Shown piece after piece: positions 26,901 through 37,000 of a DNA stretch of 64,000 nucleotides. The stretch comes from Ophelia neglecta. Lineage: Eukaryota. Positions within the stretch are counted from its first letter, which is position 1. Each line of letters opens with the position of its first letter. Location: assembly GCA_965285935.1 (NCBI GenBank), contig OZ260661.1, forward strand, positions 81,964,001 to 82,028,000, in the 5' to 3' direction. The notes under the pieces were generated by a model, which was not told the origin of the DNA, searched no databases, and saw only the letters and a program-made list of their open reading frames with translations. The translations under genes and the position numbers were made by a program.

Positions 26901-27855
26901 ATGTCCAGTCCTAGGGGAAGTACTGGTTGGAAAAAATACATCTCTGGCTTCGGTTGAAAGTAAGACTGCAAAGGTATGTTCAGCAGTCTTGTGATCAAAT
27001 CTATGATGGTTAACTTGGCTGTATTCTCCCTGTATGTTTCAATGTTTTCAAGTTTGAAGTATTAAAATAGCTTAACTAATGAGAACATAAGAAAGCTTGG
27101 TTTCATATAGTCTAAATGGTGAAAAGGAGATGATCTTTATTCATATCTTGCAGATTAGTTCACCATCATCAAGTTCCTGTAGTGAGAAAGCAGATCTGAT
27201 GTCATTGAGTGAAATATTTAAAGAAAGAACTAGATTTATTTTGCCAAACATTGATGGTATATCTGTACTATCCTTCACTCCCGCCTTCACGTTTTCAATG
27301 TACGGTGATCCACCACCGCAATACAAGGAACGCAATGAGACAGTAAAAGCAGGAAAAAGTTGCCTAGAGAAAACTAGCAAATCTGTTAAGAAAAAGTCGA
27401 CTAAAGAAAACAAGAAATTGCACCCCAAGAAAAATCGCAGTATTTCTAAATTGGCCAAAAAGATGTTGAACAAAGTTTCAAATCCTACGCCTATTGCTAA
27501 ATATGTCAAGAAGTTGGATCCTCTGGCCAAGCAAGCACCTAAAACAGATGGTTCTGGTGACAATGAACCTCAAAATAACATCATAGAGAAATTATCTGAT
27601 GTTAACATTGACAGTGACATTGAAGATGATAAGAGTTTAGTTTGCCAGCAAGACTCAATACAATCCAAATCAGTCGTTTTTGAGGAAGTAATAAGTGATA
27701 ATGAGAATATAGACTGGGATGCTTCAGGGACACCAGAGAGGAGAAGTGAGGTTTTTCAAACACCAGAGGTTTTGGGCATGAAGCTCCAAGGATTGTTTGG
27801 GGCAGAGAGTGTGGTCATTAATGTACAGGAGTACTCTCATCAAATGCTTTCATAA
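17959..27855 (+). CDS. Uncharacterised, largely low-complexity protein of about 1380 aa (14 coding exons)
   Basis: Exons 17959-18198, 19435-19617, 19910-20035, 20602-20745, 21219-21392, 21714-22530, 22657-23094, 23267-23395, 24161-24733, 25233-25377 (alternative acceptor 25176), 25473-25663, 26244-26348, 26798-26973, 27154-27855. All are GT-AG and phase-compatible, summing to 4143 nt with no stop. AATAAA at 28027-28032. No family recognised. Confidence 0.8.
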
Positions 27856-28549
27856 TTCAATTCAGTTATTTAAATAATGTATATTAACTCCAATTACATT
27901 GTGCATGAAAGAGTTACTTGTAGATCTAGACTCTATATGACCTTGAAAAAAGGATGGACTTTGAGGATGATTGGGATTTAAATGCAATTCCTTTCACACG
28001 TCTGCTTGTATATATTTTATGTACAAAATAAATCAAAGGACAGAAACCTCCTGCTGGGTAAAAAAAGACTGAAATATAACTTCTTCTTTTTTCATGATAA
28101 AAAAAAGCATAAGTGAGATAGACTATCTGTTATTTCACGGTGGTGTTCACCTAGTAAGTAAAGTTTGATGGAGGTTGCTAATTTAACTGAAGAGCTCTTC
28201 AATGCACTAGAGGTAAGTGTACTACTGGGGGTAGCCCTAAAACTGTAAAATAAAAATACCACAGTACTATTGCTGAATATGATATAGATCTATAGGCCAC
28301 TGAAGATAGTAAGAAATGAATAGCAGCAAATAACTTGTCCTGCAGGATTCAATAGGCAGTTAATTTTAAAAAAATCAGCTGCATGTAAAGTAATTGAATT
28401 AATAAAATGTGCCTTAAAACATTAACTGAATCAATGGATTATCACATTTTGATGTCACTTCATGCGCTAACAATTTATCGTACCGACTGTACAATCGTGC
28501 GTACCTGTGTGTTATCTAGTGAAGTTCTTATAATATATTAATCCAAATA

Positions 28550-28729
28550 CTGTAAATTCAGAAATATTTGCGAGACTTACATTCGCCTATCCATGAAAAA
28601 CACGTGTACGCAAGAATTTAATTACACCAGCATGTCAGCACAAACTACAGTGAATTGCATATTCAGAAATGCTTTCGGGAATTAATTTCGTGAAGTAATT
28701 TAAAAAGTGTGCAAATTGAAAATAAACAG
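28550..28729. mobile_element. Degenerate TA-flanked MITE (CTGT...ACAG ends)
   Basis: TA|CTGTAAATT ... AAACAG|TA; similar TACTGT-start remnants near 23483, 50869 and 63468. Confidence 0.4.
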
Positions 28730-31020
28730 TAACTCCCTTATTGCAAAATTGTATAATAAAGATTTTTTAGTTTGAGTACCCTGTAGACGTCTAGTATAAA
28801 TTTATTTAATACTTAAGGTAGAACCACTACTTTGTTTTATAAATTTCAACGAGAAATTTGGCAACTGGCTCGAAATAATGCCGTAGAAGCATTTGAATTG
28901 GATGTTTTAAATTTTGTACTTTTTGGGGAAAACTTATTTTGTTGCAAATTAATGTCGGTTTTTTTAGTATCTGGCACAAACCCAAGTCCTGCCTCCTGCT
29001 GATAATTAAATTGCAATTCTTTAAAACTGCAATTAGAGACAATATGCCTAACATAGCGTATTGGTTATGTAGTAGAATGGAGATTTATGTGCATAACAAA
29101 AAAAGATGACCAGTATTAGAGAATGTGATTTTACATTGATGCTTTTATCAGTTCAAATGTGCTTAGTTAATAATTAAATGGTTAAGATATTCAATACCTT
29201 TGAATGGTATGAAGACCCAGCAAGGTATTCACAATAAACCTTAACATTTTAATGTCATTAGATCTAATAGGCCCCCTTATTTGTACCAGTAATCACTGAT
29301 CTTATGTCATTTGATCAAGATTATCTCCCAGGTACCAAAATAGTTATAAAAGGCTACAACACTAATATGATATTCTAGATCTAAAGTGCTCTACTGCTTG
29401 TATGCTCCGTTTGCAATTCCAATGCTTTCCTGGAAAATGTGCAAAATAAATGTTTTGAAGTGCCAGATCCTTGTCCTATTACTGGCCCTTAGCTAGAAGC
29501 ACTCTTCAGGTCAGCATAATACTAATAGTGTAGAAATGAACTACTCCTCTGAATGGCGGTGTTGAATTCATTTTATTCAGATACATTACATTTTTATTAA
29601 AGGCTTTGTTCAGATATCTGATGAACTCTTATCACACCTACATTTAGGCACTTAAAGTAGTATACAATATACATGATTTGTTTTACTGACTCCACAGTAA
29701 ATCTAGATTATATTGAAACTTTACATATTGCATTACAAACAGAAAAAGGAATATTCACTTGCTATCATGAATGTTACTCATAGCAGTCTATACACGAAAT
29801 ATAAAAAGATTCACTCCACAGGAGCTGAACAAATAAATGCAAACATAACTTTATAAATTAAATGGTCTATCTATATATGATTAATATAAGTGTTAGTTTA
29901 TTATGCAAGAGCTGTTAGGTCATAAGAAGGATTTGTCTTCCAAGAAAATTGTGCAAAAATCAAGCATAATACTAGATTTAGAAGCTTTTAGCTTGTGTGT
30001 ACTGGAATACATGTATGTTAAAAGACTCTAAACTTTGATAATGATTCTTAAATAAAATCGTTGACAGTACATATTATTATTCACTTAAATGACTGTATAT
30101 TTACTTGCATGTACATAGTACCGGTATTGTGCATTTTGTTCCTAAATCCCCAGTCTTAAATGAAGAAAGGCATGGACCAAGAACCTAGATAATGGGTGGA
30201 TTTATATTATCCATTGATCTCAAGCCATTGGGTAATGGAAAAACCTAATTTCAGAGAGATGACAATTTATAAAGCCTTGGTCCACTGTCTTAGTTTAAGG
30301 CCTGTCTCAAAAATAATGCTCCCAAAGTGTGACAGAGGGGTAAAAATTGAAACCACCTGAAAACAAATGAGTTATGCTTGATTGTACAGTAGACATGTCA
30401 AAATAATCGATAAATAAAGTGAACATACCCAATATCAATTGTTTGGCAGAAAATTATGGAGGAATATATAGTAATATGTGGGAATTATATATTTCATATG
30501 CTAAACTGGGATTGATCATTTGTAAGACTAATTGCTCTTTAAGAACTTTCTTTTTATTTCAATAACAACCTTAACTAACCTACTTAACATTTCAGTAAAA
30601 TTTGTCAGTTTTGTATCATGAAAATTGAAAAAAAATTGAAAATCCCAACTTAAGACTGTATAATTATACAATTCCACTGTGAGAAGTTTCCATTGCATAA
30701 AAAATATAACTGTTACATGGGCTATTATGCTTTGAATTCAAAGCCTGGCATCTACTGACTCTGTCACATAAATTTCATCCATTTATTATACAAAGTATTA
30801 GACTAATCCTCCGTCACAAAACATAGTGCTTTCTGACAAAAACGTAACACTCCTGACACCTAATATGGAAGATGACTTTAATGAAAAAAACTCTTTTTCC
30901 CCATTGGCATGCCTCTTAACTATTAACAAATTACCATTATCAATGTTTACTGATTTCAGTAAATACATATTCCTTATACTGGTTCTGTAATGCTCATGGT
31001 TTAAAGCGTTTACGGCCTGT

Positions 31021-33525
31021 CTGTGGTTGAATTATTTTGAATGTCTATAACTTGCACATGCTTTATAACTGAGTGTTTCTAAGTATTACAGGATGAAGAG
31101 GATAACTACAAGGAGCAATGCTGAAAGAATTGAGTTTCTGTGATACCCGGTTTCCAATTTGTCATCATTTATATGCCTAAAAACTGTCAGGAGTGTTACG
31201 GTTTGAGTGTGACACAGAATTAGTTTGCTCTATTCAAATGCTCATACAATTACCAATTAGTCCTATTAACTAGTATCTTTCTTTCTAATAACTACATATA
31301 TGGTACTGCTGAAAGTAAAATTGAGAAGTTGAAATTGAATCATTGAACTTTGAAGAATGTAAATCAAGCCAATAATTATATCCGCGAAATGCGGATATTA
31401 TGTTTTCAGTAGCACCGCCGCCGCCGCAGATTTTAGTCGTTAACGCGATAACTCAAAAACCATTTCGTACATCTTTTTCAAATTCAACACAGCCATAGAC
31501 CTTATTGAGAGGAGGAACTGATTAGATTCTGGTGAAAATCCAATAATTATTAATTAGTTAAAACAATTAATTAATTACGTCAGAAATGCATTTTCTGCAA
31601 TAACACAAAAAATATTTGATAAATCTTTTTCTTATTTGACACAGCCATAGACCTTATTAAGAGGAAGACCTGTATTTGTTCTGGTGTATTTCTGATAATT
31701 ATTAATTAGTTAAAATAATTAATTAATTATGTCAAAAACACATTTTCTATCAAATATTCCAAAGTATAGATGATATTGGCTTGAAGTTTTGTGTCATGAT
31801 TCATGTAATAACTATATACAATCTGTGTTATAAGTTAACTAGTTAACTTTATTAATGACCTGAAATTTTTTTTAGTTAAGGTCGTTTTGCATTATTATTG
31901 AGGTCTTGTGGAACCTACTAATAAGTTCACTAGTTCTTTTTATTAATGACCTGAAAAAAAATTAGGGTCGTTTTGCATTATTATTGAGGTCATATGACAC
32001 CAACTTTAAGAATGACCTGCATTTTTATTGAGGTCAAATAGAACCTACTACAATCTGTGTAATAAGTTAACTAGTACTGTGTAATAAGTTAACTAGTTTA
32101 ACTTTATTAATGACCTGAACAAAAATTAGTTAATGTCGTTATCTTTTGTGCCAACTAAAAACTACCATATTCACTACCTCGCCTTATGTCATGTTCCCCA
32201 TTCGATTATTGCACGCATTCGCGGATATACCCTTGCTGTCGGCCCCCCCCCCCCCCGACAGCGTTGGCCTAGTTAAGGGTTGAATTACACTGTACTAAGA
32301 TATTTTTTCGATATAGAGTATTTACACTCAACTTGTAATTGATATATTTAGGTATATGTATGACTAAGAAGGTGATCATACAGGGTTGGAAAGATTAATG
32401 CCAATTAGGTTACAATGGTCAGGAGTGTTACGCTTCAATTAGATATTGTATATGTAAATCTTATTTGTTCATAGATACGAGGAACATTTCTATACAACAA
32501 TATTCATGATTTCATTACATTCTGATATTCCAATGATTCAATCAATATAACATAATTAGCTGTACAGTTGAGTTATCGTGTTGTTGGTACTGATGGAAAT
32601 CAAGAATTTGCCTGAACTGATTTAACAATCAGATGTATTAATGAGATAATAGCTTTTGATCTTGTTTGGAATGTTTTTATAGTTTCTGTATGTCTAGTTA
32701 ATGAAAATAAATTATGAACAATGATTTGGGAAATTTGTATTGTGAAATAGTAACCTGTATTCTCCATTTACAATCTTCAAAAATAAAGCGTAACACTCCT
32801 GACAGAAGAATATCCATTATTTTTAGTAAAGATTAGAACTATAGACTGCAAATCAATCAAGCAAGAGAAAGACCCATCATCAATCTTCATTGTTAGCACA
32901 ATTGAAATTTTCATTGACTACCAGTTTTTGTATAGGTGGATAAGATGCATCAATGTAACACTCCTGACATAAGTAAAGTGTTCACATTTTAGCAAGCAAC
33001 AGGCATTATAAATAATACATGCATGCTATGAAAATACATAAATGACATTTCAGATGACTACACTAACTATTCAAACATGAAAATTATCCAAAAGCATAAC
33101 AGGTTATTAACTATGAGCTGTTGAATAATACATCATTGAAAATATGCAATTTTCCCAGCTGGACACTACGGGAATAATACACCTGACTTTGGATAGATGT
33201 CCCAATAATTCAAAACCCCGAGTTATTTTTTTCATTCTAAAGACAACTCTCCATCATTTAGAAAGAAAGATACTAATTAATAGGACTAATTGGTAATTGT
33301 ATGAGCATTTGAATAGAGCAAACTAATTCTGTGTCACACTCAAACCGTAACACTCCTGACAGTTTTTAGGCATATAAATGATGACAAATTGGAAACCGGG
33401 TATCACAGAAACTCAATTCTTTCAGCATTGCTCCTTGTGATTATCCTCTTCATCCTGTAATACTTAGAAACACTCAGTTATAAAGCATGTGCAAGTTATA
33501 GACATTCAAAATAATTCAACCACAG
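31021..33525. repeat. 268-bp inverted repeat, arms 31021-31288 and 33258-33525
   Basis: Base-by-base comparison gives about 3 mismatches and no indels. Confidence 0.95.
31376..32274 (+). mobile_element. Non-autonomous Helentron (HINE / DINE-1-like) nested in the TTAA element
   Basis: 5' subTIR TATATCCGCGAA (31377-31388) with local inverted copy GCGGATAT, a (CCG)n microsatellite, internal tandem units (about 152-bp period from 31487/31639; shorter AAGTTAACTAG/AATGACCTG units in 31820-32140), 3' subTIR TTCGCGGATATA (32218-32229), hairpin GCTGTCGG-polyC-CCGACAGC (32235-32262), terminal CTAG+TT. Confidence 0.88.
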
Positions 33526-34012
33526 GGGAGCATTATTTTTGAGACAGGCCTTAAGGTCTCTGATCCTAGCCTTATACATTGAGGTATTCTGTTCATACTC
33601 TAAGAGCTAGTATTACAATGTCTTCTACAGCACTAATATCAAGGGGCAAACAGCTGTAAACATGTACATGTACATTGCGGCAATAGCATCTAATGGAGCA
33701 GTACCTGTATTGGTCAATATAGCTGTCATCAATGTGATTCATAATATACAACCTTAGTATAATAAATAAAGCTTCTGATATGGTTTCTTAAAAACGGAGC
33801 CAAATATAAAAAATATTTACTTCTATTTCAAAATATGCATATAATTACCCCTTATCAAATATACACATGCAGGATTAAATCTCACATTTACATATATTTA
33901 CATATTATATATGATACTACATGTACAATTGTGTTACTTGAATTTGACCATCTAATAATATAATTAATAGTTAATAGCCTCTCATAGCATGCCTTTATCA
34001 TTAATATTGTTT

Positions 34013-37000
34013 TCAAACATTTGTGGTTTGGGGGCTTGTTCCCACTGGTTGCCAGGGATCATTTTGTGGAGGTTTGTTAGGAGTTAGTATTTTAGAATCC
34101 TGTATGTTGTTATTCTTTAGATCACTGCAGTCATTCCTCTCACCACATGGTGGCGCTGTGTCACCCTGTGTGCAGGGTTCTGGTGATCCCATCGGCATAC
34201 CTATTCCATTGCTAACGTCGTATAATTTATTTGAAAACCCGAGGCTTCCGTTAGGAAGTAAGGAACTAATATCATTGTCACTGGTGGGGATAGCCAATAG
34301 CATGTCCTTTAGGGGGGTAGGATTAACAGGCTGGTGATGTAAATCATAATTCTGTATATAATCAATATCCTGTTTCAGTTGAAGGTCGTCATAAATGACG
34401 GATTCTCCATCCTCTTGCATGTCCTTTTGTGGGGAGAATGGATCCCTGTTCAATGCTGATTGGCCCATTTTGATTGGAATGCTTCCCTTTTGTTCGGAGT
34501 TTGTAAAATGCTCGGCAGGTTCAATGCCATTCAGGTACAAAGGAGACTCTTGCTTGGACAAATTAGGAGCTACACAGTTCTTAGACAGCTTGTGAGGTGA
34601 TGGTGATGGGTCAATATTTGATAAACTGTCTAATGAATCCTTTCTATGTCTTGAATATTTTTTTTTCCACTTATCGAGGGAACCAAAGGTATCTTGTCTC
34701 TTTTTTCTTCGTTCATCAATCAGAGCATCTTCCTCTGAAGCGAGAGACACAGAGGTGGATGACACTCGGCTGTGTCCATTGACTTTAAATTGCACTTCCT
34801 GTTGCGACGAGACTGAGCGTACTGGACTGTTCTCGTGTGAATCTGATACCTGCTCAGATTCTATCTGGTTTCCCTGTTTCTGAAGTGCTGAAGGCACTGA
34901 GCCGGGCTGGAATGAAGGCAGAGGCTCCAAGGCATTTCCCAACCAGTCTGGATTGTTTTTAAAGAACTGGTTAGCCCTCTCAATAGCTTCATATAGCTGT
35001 CCACCAGTCTCTGTATTGCAGTAAGTGTCCACTGAAAGTCCAGAGTGTGGCTGGGTGTCTTCGGCAGAAACACCAAATATATGGCAGTATAATTTTAATA
35101 TATCGCTCATAAGAAAGTAAAAATCCAACGTATCTAATTTTGGGGGTATATCACTATCCCGTGAATATTCAAAATATGAAACTATGAATTTTGAGGTCAT
35201 TTCTCCATTTTCTCGACTGTACCTCAAATTTTCAGCCACTAAATCAACGGCATCTTGGAAAATATCAGGCACTGGTTGTTCTTCCTTTACCCTAAAAGGT
35301 TTTCTGCGGACACATTTGAATCTGGCCCCAGTCGAACATACAACAATAACATATTGGCTCCATTGTAATTTTTCTTTCATCCATAGATATGCTCCTCTAC
35401 ACTGGATATCAGCTTGTTCCCATATGTCCAAGGAGACTTCACAGCCAAACACATGTTTCAAATAGGTGGCAAATTCCACTACTACTCTCTCATGGGCCTC
35501 ACAGTCATAGGAATAGATTATCAAAATGGTAGGCCGGTTCTTAAAAGCACCATCTAAGCACAAAAATAAAAGAAAACCATTAGCATCTTATTACAACATG
35601 ATAGCATTTGATAATTACTCAATCATTAATAATAATTAGATACGGAGGAAAACTTTGAACCTACCCATAGCAATGGAATTGTTGCTTTCATTGTCCCTGA
35701 ACCTTTGCATAGCAAAGCTCCCTGAGGTGCAACATTGCTTCCTTTTCACAATACAATAGACAACCCCAATGAAAATGGCTGCCACAGCCACCCCACATAC
35801 TACAGCCACTACAATAGTGACATTCTTGCTCTGCTTGGAGTCCTCGGTGGGCTTGACAATCACAATGGGGTCTGTGAATATAAGGCAGTCAGCATTAAAT
35901 TAAACTCTAATTCGTACTAATTTATACCATTTGGTGTCAGTAACGAAGAACATATGGTTAGAGCATGTACCTGTGGTGGTGCTTGCTTCAGGTGGGGTGT
36001 TGGAAGCTGTGGATCGTACCCCGACGGCAGGGGTAATTGTGGCCCTGGTGGATTCTGGTGTGGAGCTTTTACCTATAAACAAAGTGACCAAATAATTCAA
36101 CTTCAATAATACTGCTTTGGCCCAGGCCTTCGAGAAACTGTCAAACATTGTGTTGCTTGTAGCTATTAATTGTTGAAACCTGAGTGCACTAAATCAGCAA
36201 ATTTTATTGCAAGAGGTTAAATTTTGCCCATTCCGCGATAATTGCCAAATGTGCAAGAATTTCCTCAGTTTCCTTCCCTAGCCCTAATATCGTCCTGTCT
36301 AGCCCTAATTTCTTCACACCCAAATATTGCCTACTAGTCTCTTCAAGATGACTTTCCGACCATACTTTATATACAGTACAGATGCAGGAATGGTTTTTGC
36401 TTCCAACCATTATAAAAACTACTCATTGGTGGGGTCAATAATCAATGTATAAGAATGGAAATCTGCTCACTCGCTGCAATGGGCACAAAAACTCTTAAAG
36501 ACCTGATGTCTCGACACTTCTGACACACCTGGCCTTCCATTTCCACTGGTTTGATCTGGAAAATATTTCATTTGTTATAACTGTGAAGAACTGAAACATT
36601 TTTAAATGTGAACAAGGTAAAAATGCTGGTTTTTAACATTATTTAGAAAAAGGAATGAACATACTTCTGCATAGAAATACTGAGCTTCATCATAATTTTC
36701 CACTTGTACAAGGCCACTGTAAACAGGAGGCATGGACGCATTCTGAAAAAGAAATCTAAATTTATTATATCTGAGTACAAGGCAAACCTAGCACGTTACC
36801 TAACATCTTGTCTATAAGGAAATATATTTTCAAAAGTGCAATATTATGATATCAACAACAGAATTCCCCGGTTGTTCATCTCCCAGATTTTTATACCTGT
36901 CCTTTCGTCTTCCCCAATTTTATGCATACATTTTATATAGTTTTTTGTGTCACTACAAATAGATGAATAGTAAATAGGGCTTCCTGGTTATAAATCATTA

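Larger units (their letters stand above)
30299..33550. mobile_element. Non-autonomous TIR DNA transposon with TTAA target-site duplication (Kolobok-like GG termini)
   Basis: TTAA (30295-30298) + GGCCTGTCTCAAAAATAATGCTCCC (30299-30323) ... GGGAGCATTATTTTTGAGACAGGCC (33526-33550) + TTAA (33551-33554). Perfect 25-bp TIRs; no ORF of 60 aa or more inside. Confidence 0.88.

Noticed and set aside
30844-33360. 14-mer repeats with unique spacers read as a CRISPR array
   Set aside because: Repeats are too short and in mixed orientation, spacers are hundreds of bp, there are no cas genes, and the context is eukaryotic.
35554-35563. ORF-track start of the 516-aa SEFIR ORF as a stand-alone intronless gene
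   Set aside because: The start lies in an intron; the acceptor at 35554-35555 joins upstream TM and ectodomain exons.
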